This document shows positions 1 to 10,600 of a stretch of 64,000 nt of DNA, piece after piece (the first letter of the stretch is position 1; every line of letters begins with the position of its first letter). A program made the position numbers and the translations under genes. The DNA comes from Guillardia theta CCMP2712. Taxonomy: Eukaryota; Protista; Cryptophyta. The DNA is taken from the NCBI RefSeq assembly GCF_000315625.1, contig NW_005434565.1, positions 1-64,000 on the forward strand, read 5' to 3'. The notes below the pieces were generated by a model. That model worked only from the letters and a program-made list of their open reading frames with translations, was not told where the DNA came from and searched no databases.

Positions 1-144
1 ACCCTAAACCCTAAACCCTAAACCCTAAACCCTAAACCCTAAACCCTAAACCCTAAACCCTAAACCCTAAACCCTAAACCCTAAACCCTAAACCCTAAAC
101 CCTAAACCCTAAACCCTAAACCCTAAACCCTAAACCCTAAAACC
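1..144. repeat. Terminal telomeric array (CCCTAAA)n, ~20 units (TTTAGGG type)
   Basis: Perfect heptamer array from base 1, C-rich strand 5'->3' inward as expected at a left chromosome end; last unit is variant (ccctaaaacc). Confidence 0.97.
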
Positions 145-755
145 TTATTATTATTATTATGTGAGTTTATTAGAATGCTAGAATGTTGCTCGGCCTCGTG
201 CAGTACTTTATGTACTGGGTAGGAACTCCGAGGATAGCCATGGTAATCAGTTTACCACTCTCGGGGGACGCTCCTGAAGCATCGATGCAGGCACTCTTGT
301 CTAGTACCTCCTGTTTGTCTGCGTTCCATGCAGAGACATACCACGACTGTCCTTCTTCCCCCCATTCTTTGATGGCATCCTCCTGGCTCCTGACTTCAGC
401 ATGTTTGCAGGTCTGTCGAATGGCTTCGGCTAAGGCGTTCATCGAGACTTCCTTGGACTGCAAGGCTCTGCCTGTCCTGCTCTGAGGGTACTGCCTGACG
501 AAGTGTTCCAATCTTCGGATCAGCTCTCCTAGCGAAGGTGCTGAAGGTGTCGTGTCCTTGTTTAGGAACTGGGAAACTCGGACACGAGCAATCTGTTTCC
601 TTTCCTCTTTAGATAGATACCACATGATCAAACAACCGTTTCTGCACAGAAAAATATCCTGTTCAGCACCCTAGCTCGCAGGGATCCCCTCAAACTGCAG
701 GGGAGGAGAGCATGCCTGTTACTCCAGCGGCCTCCTGTTACTCCAGCGGCCTCCT
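145..755 (-). mobile_element. Putative 5'-truncated or non-autonomous retroelement inserted in telomeric repeats
   Basis: Flanked on both sides by telomere repeats. On the minus strand the ORF stop overlaps AATAAA, followed by ~10 nt and a (TAA)5 tail (145-159). A 19 bp tandem duplication (715-733/734-752) sits at the 5' junction. No RT or endonuclease motif is visible. Confidence 0.5.
170..631 (-). CDS. Hypothetical protein (153 aa) in the telomeric insert
   Basis: Open frame with protein-like composition, open upstream to a TAG at 671-673; stop lies immediately before the tail; no recognisable domain. Confidence 0.4.
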   Translation of the reverse strand: MIMWYLSKEERKQIARVRVSQFLNKDTTPSAPSLGELIRRLEHFVRQYPQSRTGRALQSKEVSMNALAEAIRQTCKHAEVRSQEDAIKEWGEEGQSWYVSAWNADKQEVLDKSACIDASGASPESGKLITMAILGVPTQYIKYCTRPSNILAF

Positions 756-878
756 CCTAAACCCTAAACCCTAAACCCTAAACCCTAAACCCTAAACCCT
801 AAACCCTAAACCCTAAAACCTAAACCCTAAACCCTAAACCCTAAACCCTAAACCCTAAACCCTAAACCCTAAACCCTA
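756..878. repeat. Internal telomeric array (CCCTAAA)n, ~17 units
   Basis: Near-perfect heptamers, one variant unit near 811-823, same orientation as the terminal array. Confidence 0.95.
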
Positions 879-933
879 TTATTATTATTATTATGTGAGT
901 TTATTAGAATGCTAGAATGTTGCTCGGCCTCGT
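879..933 (-). repeat. Exact 55 bp copy of 145-199 ((TAA)5 tail plus 3' end of the insert)
   Basis: ttattattattattatgtgagtttattagaatgctagaatgttgctcggcctcgt occurs identically at both places, each directly after a telomere tract. Confidence 0.95.
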
Positions 934-1020
934 TGTGGGCTTTTGCAATTTGATCCTAGTCTAAAGAGGCGCTCGAGCACTGGGAGTACACGGCCTACAA
1001 TGCGAACCCTGCTTCTGAGC

Positions 1021-1053
1021 TTAAACCCTAAAAACCCTAACTAAACCCTAAAC
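1021..1053. repeat. Degenerate telomeric tract
   Basis: ttaaaccctaaaaaccctaactaaaccctaaac: three CCCTAA cores with indels. Confidence 0.8.
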
Positions 1054-1092
1054 GCTGAATCCATCCAAGAGTTGTGTTTGCACAGCAACTCT

Positions 1093-2652
1093 ATGGACTT
1101 GGTCGGGTGTGGTGGGAACAGAAGAGGGGGGTTGAAGGTAACGCATAGATGGCAGAAGGATGAAGATGCTTTTTCGTAAGTCACAGTTTGTGTTCCATCC
1201 CGTCATTGGTTAGTCAGGTGCTCACAGTGCCAAGCTGTCTTTGGACTTTTCCGGAGGAAGGTTCGTACTGGCAACATTTGATCAATTGATTTTCTTCTGA
1301 TGCTTCATAGCATCATTGTAGGCTATGCGGTTCTATCTTCTGTTCCAGTTGTAGGTTCGGTGCTTCTTTACTTGATGATGCTATGACGTTAAATTACCAA
1401 AGTGAAAATCGGCGACCCATCCTCAAGTATGGATATATTGAGCCCGTAAGGGTTTGCGACAACTGTAACGTGATATGCTTCAGAGCAGGTAAGGATTTAT
1501 CTTCCACTTAAATGTTCATTATGTTGACTGCTGTATTTCGGTTCCGGAAAGATATGCTTCTGAATGCTGTGGGTCAGACAGACCTTAGCACGGTCGAAAA
1601 GATCTGCCACGAGGGTTGTGATGTGCACTTTTCCACAACGATGTTTCCTCCTTTGATAATTGCAGCAAATCGGTACTATTGATCGAACGATCGACATCGT
1701 TGTAATCATACCTGCTAGTGGATCGTTGCAGATGATTGACCTACTATTGGAGTATGATGCCAACCCGTAACCTCCCGTCGTAATATTTTCGTTCCCTTAC
1801 TTGGTGATGTTTCGAAGAAACGTCTCAACCGCAGTCATGGGTGAAGAGGAGATTCAATGTGTTTCATGTGGAATGATTCTGAGTTTGATCTTTGATGTGA
1901 CTTTGCAATTTTTATGACCTAAATTAACAGAAGAAAGCAACCAGAATTGCACTAAGTGCAAAGAAGTTGTGCCAAGAAATGAAAGCACCAAGTATGCAGA
2001 CCATGCGGGAATAACAGCATTGCATGCTGTATAAATGTTTGCAGATGGCTTATTATTTATTAATGATGATACGCCCCAGGCAGTTCAGAAAGCAGGATTC
2101 CTTGAGATTGTCCGCCTCCTTCTGGCGCGCGGCGCCATTGTCAATGCGAGAACTCGAAAGGTGTACGCTTCCCATGTGTTTCATCGATGAAATGAGTTTA
2201 GGGAAACACGCCTCTGCTGTATGCAGCTGCTGGTGGACACACAACATGCTGTGAGGTCTCACGAACACGAGTTGCATTGTCCACAGCCTACTGATTCATT
2301 TTTCCGCATCAGGAAATGTTGCGAGCGAACGCGGATCCCAACATGGAGTGCACTGAAGATGGCGACACACCATTGCACAAGGCAATCAGAGGAAGTAGAC
2401 ATGGGAGAGGAAGCATCTTGTGCATTCTGACTTGCTGTCTCAACAGGTCATTACGATACTGCAAAGCTTTTAATCCGATATAATGCGAAGTTGGATCACA
2501 GAAACAAGCAGGGAGAGACACCAAAAGGTTAGGTGTAGTAATTGGTTCTGATGATTGAATCAATGTCTGCAGATGTGGCAGCTTCATACAAGGAAAGATT
2601 CATTGATCTCTTCGTGGATATTCCAAGCCCAAATGTTTTAGAGGGGAATTGA
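1093..2652 (+). CDS. FYVE zinc finger + ankyrin repeat protein (multi-exon)
   Basis: Spliced reading gives WQKD, CSQCQAVFGLFRRK|HHCRLCGSIFCSSC (intron 1261-1310) and EPVRVCDNC, matching the FYVE WxxD/RRHHCR/RVC motifs. Ankyrin cores GITALH, GNTPLLYAAAGGH, DGDTPLHKA, GETPK follow. Stop TGA 2650-2652; start uncertain. Missed by the ORF track because exons are short. Confidence 0.85.
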
Positions 2653-2700
2653 ATATAAGCAATAGAACACAACGCTGCAATGGATTTGCATCGAATCAAA

Positions 2701-3726
2701 CTACTTCACAAATGACGTCTTCGCCTTTGCTAACGTTTGATGAAAGGGTTTACAGGTCTTTCCATCATCCTCCAGAAACCAGTGTCCATGCTCCCTTGCA
2801 CGCTGAATCTTTGCAGCATTTCCAACAACCCAATTGAAGTTGATCACATGGGGTACTTTACCTCGGCATCGAAAAAATGGAGTCCACTCATTGCCCTTGT
2901 ACCACCTTCCTGATCGGTAGTCGCACGAGTCCATCGTCTTAAGTGTCAACAGACCACTTGCTCGCATTTGCCCTGCTACTTCGTTCAAGAAGATCTGATC
3001 GTTGTAGTCTTCTGTGAGTGTGTCGTCTCGCATTCCTGCATATCGACTCAAAATTTCTGTCTGTCTTTTGAGAACCGTCTGCCAAAGACAGAGACTGCCA
3101 AGAGTTCGTCGAATCATCATGAACCCGGCACCTGTAAAACCATTGTCATCATCGAATCCCACAAGGTCATGGTCTGAGTTCACAAATGAATTCTGTTCCA
3201 ACAGGTTTGAGAGCCACAGCGCATCGGGTTCTGTGAGGAAAACTCGCTCCTTCAGAGTGAGCACAGCTTGAATTGCAACTATTCGCTCGCGTAGCAGCCG
3301 ACGATAACCCAGGGTGTTAAATTCGAGGTTTTTGTTGATGAACTTGAGAGAAGGGATCGTCACTGCATTGACTCTTGATCCTGTGCTCATTATCTCCTGT
3401 TTCGATTCGTTTGATGACAAGATGACAAGCGTCCTTTCATGTACACCTCTCATGTCTTTCGTGTTACAGATCCAAGAAAACATGAATGGAAGGAAAGCAT
3501 CATTAACAAAATGCATTATGACAAGATCCTTTGGCATAGATCGAACCGTCTCTTCTAGCTGAGGATCTATATGCGGATAGGTATGTACATCGCACATTCT
3601 TTCCAACTCCTTGATGTGCCGAATTTCACCTCGGTTATGATCCTTCTTTCTCATTTTCGCAATCACTCCGAAACATGCGTACGATGCAACGAATGAAAAA
3701 ATCAGAATCTGAATCAACACGAACAT
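2701..3726 (-). CDS. Nucleotide-diphospho-sugar transferase (GT77-like), type II membrane protein
   Basis: N-terminal hydrophobic anchor (MFVLIQILIFSFVASYACFGVIA), motifs LTEPDALWL, GAGFMMIR, NDQIFLN, INFNWVVGNAAKIQRAREHGHW. Intronless. True start placed at ATG 3726, not 4503. Confidence 0.8.
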   Translation of the reverse strand: MFVLIQILIFSFVASYACFGVIAKMRKKDHNRGEIRHIKELERMCDVHTYPHIDPQLEETVRSMPKDLVIMHFVNDAFLPFMFSWICNTKDMRGVHERTLVILSSNESKQEIMSTGSRVNAVTIPSLKFINKNLEFNTLGYRRLLRERIVAIQAVLTLKERVFLTEPDALWLSNLLEQNSFVNSDHDLVGFDDDNGFTGAGFMMIRRTLGSLCLWQTVLKRQTEILSRYAGMRDDTLTEDYNDQIFLNEVAGQMRASGLLTLKTMDSCDYRSGRWYKGNEWTPFFRCRGKVPHVINFNWVVGNAAKIQRAREHGHWFLEDDGKTCKPFHQTLAKAKTSFVK

Positions 3727-4074
3727 GACGAAAAGCCTCTGCAAACTCCAAGTCCGCGCATCCCAGAAGCTCGTCTCTCGCCTACAGGCAGCAATCTCAC
3801 GAGAGTCAGCAATCATGAAACACTTCGTCACGACTTGACTTGCGTTTGCAAAGTGCTTGGATTGCTTTAAGGGCTTCTGATACCCACAAGTTTCTTCATG
3901 CACTCTTGGCACATCACGGAAACATTTCAATCTAGACAGCAGAGCTATATGGACTTCTCGCGCTTGTGCAGCGGCGATTGTGCATGGGAGGCATATATGT
4001 ATATTATTTAGCCCGCCCGCCTCAGGTGTGTGAGAGAACACAGCAGACCAGACAGCAGACAGACTTTTTAGGTG

Positions 4075-4477
4075 TTTATAGAGTAGAGACAATGCTTTAT
4101 GGAGTAGAGACAATGCTTTATGGAGTAGAGACAATGCTTGATGGAGTAGAGACAATGCTTTATGGAGTAGAGACAATGCTTTATGGAGTAGAGACAATGC
4201 TTTATGGAGTAGAGACACTGCTTGATGGAGTAGAGACAATGCTTTATGGAGTAGAGACAATGCTTTATGGAGTAGAGACAATGCTTTATGGAGTAGAGAC
4301 AATGCTTTATGGAGTAGAGACAATGCTTTATGGAGTAGAGACAATGCTTTATGGAGTAGAGACAATGCTTTATGGAGTAGAGACAATGCTTTATGGAGTA
4401 GAGACAATGCTTTATGGAGTAGAGACAATGCTTTATGGAGTAGAGAGAGACAATGCTTTATGGAGTAGAGACAATGC
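4075..4477. repeat. 21 bp minisatellite (gagtagagacaatgctttatg) x ~19
   Basis: Direct tandem units with few variants (cttgatg, cactgc, one 4 bp AG expansion near 4442-4450). Confidence 0.97.
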
Positions 4478-4605
4478 TCAATCCTGAAAGTCGACCCGGT
4501 CAATGCCGACGCCTTCCTCAGAGAAGATTGCGCCTCCTCGTGCCTGATTGGTCAACCCTTCAGCTCCCCACTGATAGAAGGTCAAAGACAACAACCTGAA
4601 GCCTT

Positions 4606-7600
4606 TCATTGTTCGAACCCGGCATCATAGACCTTGCCACAAGTAAGGTTTTGTCAGAACAAATGATGTAAGAAAGCCAGCATTGAATCGGCCTCACCTG
4701 CTAGAGTCGCTCGATATTTCACTGCATCACATTCGTTATGTATTCAGTCGATTGTTCAGGATATCGCAATTCACTCACCTTGCATCATCCGATGTGGGAT
4801 CTTGGTCCATGTACCTACGGAGCGAAGCTCAGTCTTTCACATCGGTTGAAACAAGTTGAAATACCAATCATTCAGCACAGATGCAGTATCCTCAGACATC
4901 ATGGCAATCTGATCGCAATTAGATGTAAGAGAGGAGTAATGTCATCACAAACAGTATTACCTCAGAGGCTTGGGTTGACAACTCTGGTTCTAGAATCTGG
5001 TCAATACGGACCAGTTTATCTATGAGAGTTGTCCAGCGATCTCTATTTTGAGCCTGATTTCACGATTCAATGCGAGGCTGTGATGAAGGAGATATAGAGT
5101 TCTCACAGAAACAGCCTCATCCGACCCCTCGGAAGTTTCTTCCCATGGCTCAGGCGTTCTGACACGATTGTAAAGAAACATCTCATCTTTTTGGGTATCA
5201 CCGTGCTCCAGAGCTCAAGCGTCCGTGAGATGAGATCGAGCTGGACAAAAGAGAGTCTCCTCCTATCGTAGACGCTGCTTCTAATTCATATCTTTTTTGG
5301 ATCTTCTTCCGCACCTAAAACAAAATGAGTATACTCATTTTGTCCTGACACATTCTATACCGCATTGTTCACGAGCCTGACTGCAAATATCACAGAGTAA
5401 ATCGTCATTTTCTCCTGCAGAAATCGTTATAAAGGCTGTTTCCAACCGTTCTTCTTACTTGACCGCCACTCTCTTCTTCCTCCTTTTCTAGACGCATTCT
5501 TTCTATCTCAGCGAATCCTTCTCTAACATTCCACCCAACACTGATGCTAACAACAGACATGAAAAGAATCTGGAAAGATCAATCAGCAATCTTGAAAAAA
5601 GACCGTCATTACAATTTCATAACAGTCATACTTGAATTCCTGTCAAGGCATTCGCGAGGAGGGGAGTGTCGTATTCTGGACTTGCCTAAAACATTGTTAG
5701 TTTTTTAGGACAGGAAACATTGGAACACAAAGATACCGTTGCGAGCATAATCAAAAGAGCAGAAAACAAAGTAAGATAGGTCGTTCCAATTTCGCCGCCT
5801 TTGATGAAATTTTCTCTGGCTTCCACATAGGGCAGCGCACTGCTCGCATAGTTATAAAAGAAAGAATTAAAAAGGATTTGAATGACCTGCAGTGAATTGC
5901 AAAAAAGACAAAGCTCACAAGACAACCAAACATAATGTCATAGCTGTCATGTAGGGTCAGTTGTAAGTAACCCAAAAAGACGAGATATACCCATCCCCAA
6001 AGCGTTGTAAGAGACCGGAGAAGGCAACAATCAACTGTCAATTCCGTCCAATTCTTAGAGTGATTGGTGAGAACATGATGTACAAACCTGTTTTCTTGCC
6101 ATTTCTACTAACTCCCAATAATAATACTCATTTTGGTAGTCTGCAAATATGAACTCAAACTGCAACACAACATTCAATGTACTGCAGGGTCTGCAAACGA
6201 TTTATCCAAACCTGATCCCACTCGTTTCTGAATTGTTGGTATTGTGCATGCATGACTGCAATCTCCTTGTCAACCCGAGCTATTTCCTCTGATCTGAATT
6301 GCAGATGAGTACATTGTGTCAATAGTAAGTATTTAGATACCCGGCGAGCTCATCTTCTGGGATACGAAGATCCTTCGCTCTCTTGAGATGACTTCTCCAT
6401 GCTGTGTATCGCTTTATCACCACACTCTTTGCTTCATCTAGTCGGTGTCTGCGACGGCGAAGTGAAACCAGATAATGGATTGGAAGTCCCAGGGTGTACA
6501 CCACAATCATAAAAAATGCTATAGACGCAAATATCCACCATCCATAATCGCTGCACTGAAAGCGCAAATCAACTGACAGCCATTGATTAATATATCCCAG
6601 TATAGATTCGCATTGAAACATGTTGAACATTACTTCTGTAATGTTTGGATGGACAAAGATGAGAAATTCGCTTGCAAGTCCGGTTGCTTTCTCGTTCAGA
6701 TTTATTCTGTCTTTTTCTTCTTGATTCTCGAGATATTCCAATTCATCGTCATCCTGAGCTATTCGTCTCCTATTGTTGTATGAAATCCTGATTTGTGACA
6801 ATCCCAACATGACTAGACCTCTCACCAAGATAAATGCAACAAATGGAATGGTTGCCTGCAGAAGCACATTGTGATAGAATGTAAACTCGAATTGCATGAT
6901 TAGGCATGCAAGCGTGGAGGTTGGGTCAAATTTCACGTAATTTGCATATGAACTAAACGATTTGAAAAATCCAGGCATTTGCACATTATATGATGTGCTG
7001 ACTGATCCTGTAACCATGAGATACGAGAGTACAATTTTCAAAGTACCAACATCGAGAAACAGTTCCAAAACATCTTGATATTTCACGTATAGATATCCTA
7101 CTATTCCACCAACAACCAAAACAATAGCAGTTGTCTGTGCCATGGTTTGTGGTGTCGCACACTTTTGACACAATCCTGCAGAATCAGGGTAGTATCCTTG
7201 CACGCAAGTTGCACAAAGCATTCCGCGATATAAAGGAGCACAACTTTGAGTACCAAGTCCATACCCATCTCCAAGACAACCACAAGGTTCAAATTGCGTC
7301 ACATCTCCACTGCACAAACATGTTAGTTGCTCAAAAGGTTTGGAGTAAACATTCGTACCTTGATATTGCATTGGAATTTAGACTATCACAGGCTTCCTGA
7401 GAAGGGCAGGGAGCGCAAATACTGGCACCGGAGGCACCGACTGCCTGAGTTGTTGTCGGCAGGCGATTGTCAGCTCCAGCTGTTATTTTGCCGCGATCAA
7501 TGCTTTCCCATATGCGACCATAGTCAATAGATTCATATTCCAGGCAGGTCGCCGTATCACAGCACGCGCCGTATGCGCAATCAGCACACGCAGTCTCAGG

Positions 7601-10600
7601 GTCACATGTGCTGCAAAGATCCGTCATACCCGATATAGCCGGCGACGGACTGTTGCTTTTATAGCAAAACGTATACGGAGGGGTTTGAGGTCTGCAATTC
7701 AAGGGCCTGGTGTTTCCATCGGAATAGACAGCAGACAAACCCTTGTTACAATACGTCAGGTCACAAGAGCACTTGTCATCTGCGCTAATAAAGCTTATGT
7801 ATGTGTATAACATACTGACTCTGAAATATCCAGGCTTACACCAACAATCAGTCAGGGAGTTTCTGACATAGTTTACAGCAGCATCTTGACCATAGCGCTT
7901 TGTACACCCCGTTATGTTCGAGCATTCGGTTACCATATTTAGATCAGGGCATTTCATACATTTGTCTACTCCCCTCCAATCTTTGTAAGTGCCAATTGCT
8001 CCTAAAAGCTTCCCCGAGGTACAGGCTTCACAAAGTCCCCCCGAAATTCCTGTGTATCCACGATCACATACGCAGGGCCTTTGATTTTGCTGATCCGTGT
8101 AGTCTCCAATTTGCCCAAGTGGGCAGTCTTTGGTTTCTATAATGAAGCTGGTGATGAAGAACACAGGCAAAGATGATTTGTCTCCACACGATGCTGGATT
8201 TTCAACGCATCGTCTGAAAGGTACATTGTAATTTAGGGTGAACGTCAGATTGTAAAATTGTCCCGGGTGGCCATTGAATGTGATGTCTGTGAATTCTGCT
8301 TTTCCTATCAAGGAGAAGGCGGCTCCTTCAGATAAACCTGTGCCAGAAGTGAAACGAGCATCGAGAGGTTGATCAGGCTCAAAACAAGGGTTTTCATTGG
8401 TGCTTCTTTGCTCTCCTTGGCAAATCACTGCATTTGGCTCACCTCCCAGAGGTCTTGATGCGTCATCTTTTCGATTTATTGTTATCAACACTCGTTCACC
8501 AACTTTTTTCACCTCGTCGTAAGGACTGTAGATTGAAGGAGGAATAACAGGTTTTCCCAAGTCGTCGATAAGCACCATCACTGGCTGTTTAACGAGTGGC
8601 TTTCCGGAAGTAGTTTGAGCTGAAGGCTCTTTATTCCTGTCGAATATTATCTGTGTTGCTCGTCCTCTGAATTCAAAGCAACCGCGGTCGCATGTTTGAG
8701 TGTTCTCTTCTCTATCGCAGAAAGATAGCTCGGACTGGCAGATCCCGGGTTCTCCCGTACATGTCTCCCCAGCAGGACATGGTCCGATTGGACATTCCAA
8801 GTCACATTTTCCAGTGAGCAAGTTGCCGCACTCTACAGGATTGAATGGGTTACAAAACGTCCGATCCCTCTCTGTTCCACCCTGACAGACATAAATCGGC
8901 ATGCAACGTCCACCATTCATTGCCCCGCACTCCACAGGATTCTGTGGCGTGCAGACTGTTGAGTCCCTCTGAGTGCCCCCTTGGCAGACAGGCGTCGGAC
9001 CCGTGGTGCAGGACTGTCCAACGTTGGGCCCATTCATGCAAATGTTTCCGCACACTCGCTTGGAGCAATCGATGACAGGGTTGGTGCAGTCAACCCACTG
9101 ACTTTCCTGACCAGCCAATTCCACCATCACATTGAACCGACCTCCTTCTGCAGGCAGTTCACATTGAAGCCTCTCTACACTGCAAATTTTGTGCGCGGAT
9201 TCGTATTTTGTGTACCAATTGGTTGGACACATCAGCGAGCATGGATCACACGCAATGTCATTCGGATTAGAGCTACATTGAACGAAACTTTTCGAAGCAC
9301 ATAATGATGGATTCAATGATTTGTCTCCACGTGCCCCCCACCACACAGGGGTCGAGCACCAGTCAGGTGTGCACAGGCCTCCCCCTTCACAGTCTGTGTT
9401 CAACCTGGTATCCACACAAGCTAATCCGTCTCGCAAACCTCCGACACATTTCTTGGGTGGTTCATAGCAAGGCTCAGGAGAAGTCGTGCTGTTAATGTAA
9501 AAGGTTCCAGGAATGAAACAATCATATGTTCGTTCTGCTTGCCATCCGCCGCTTGCAGATGGCCTCTTGCCAACCTTGACTTTCGACACAGCATCAAAAT
9601 TGATTCCAAAAATGGTCAACCTTGCGCCTCCTTCAAAATCATATGTGTACGGACCCCCCGTATCTGCTTGCAACTCTTGGATCACAGGACTGTCATAATT
9701 GAATATTCCATCTGATCTTCCCATTGATAGAAATCCATTCGGGACTGCGATAGAAACAGGAATCCTTGTTCCTATGCCTCTAGGAGCAAAACAAACAACG
9801 CTTGAGTCAGCGGTCCAAACAAGAGGTGAACACAATGATGCGTTGAACTTCACAGTTGCGTTCTGGTCAGAGGTTCCAAAGTTGGAACCTTGAATTGTAA
9901 CTTCATAGCCTCCGGTCACAGGGCCGTGGGGCTCCCCGTGCGGATTGACTTTGATGGCACGGATGACAGGAGCTGAGTAGGAAAATCCATTCGCACCAGT
10001 AGGTGTGGTAACAGAATGACCCATCTCATACACACTGATGGGAAGATTTTCTCCAGTGCCAGGCCTTATGATTGCTTCGATCACTGTCGGACTCTTCCAA
10101 ACAGCATAGTTTGCAAACGTATTTCCGATCTTTACCTGGGGGCTTGGATCAAAATTTCCGAATCCAAACCCATGTACAGTGATTGTTGATGTCTTTTCAA
10201 ACGCTGACATAACGGTACTATATGTTGGCTCGATATACGAAATATTCGGCTTGATAGAGCAATCAGTTCCAAAAAAGCCAACGAAGCACTGGCAATGTCC
10301 ATTCGTTGGATCACAGTTCCCGTTACTGTTGCATTCATCACAAGCATATTGACAGATTTGACCCCACCATCCAGAAAACATTTACATCTATTTTCAACAC
10401 AGATTCCATTTCCAGAGCATTGAGCATCCTGGCTGTCAGCACTACAACGAAAATCGACCTTCTTCAATGTAAACATGTACCATGGCATCGGCTGAAATCC
10501 ATCTGGCATATCAATCATATCAGGATGTACTTCCAAGGAACAGTTGCAGATGTAATGGTCTCCCTGTTGCGCTGGAGGAATTGTTCGACAAAGTCGTGGG

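Noticed and set aside
145-755. Endonuclease-deficient Penelope-like or HeT-A/TART-type terminal addition
   Set aside because: Those are primed from the G-strand 3' end and have their 3' end facing the centromere; here the tail faces the chromosome end. No RT or ribozyme motif was recognised.
4075-4477. CRISPR array
   Set aside because: Units are contiguous with no unique spacers, there are no cas genes, and the context is eukaryotic.
3727-4503. N-terminal 259 aa of the 600 aa ORF and the 173 aa plus-strand ORF as real proteins
   Set aside because: Openness comes from a stop-free 21 bp repeat; the GT77 membrane anchor begins at ATG 3726.
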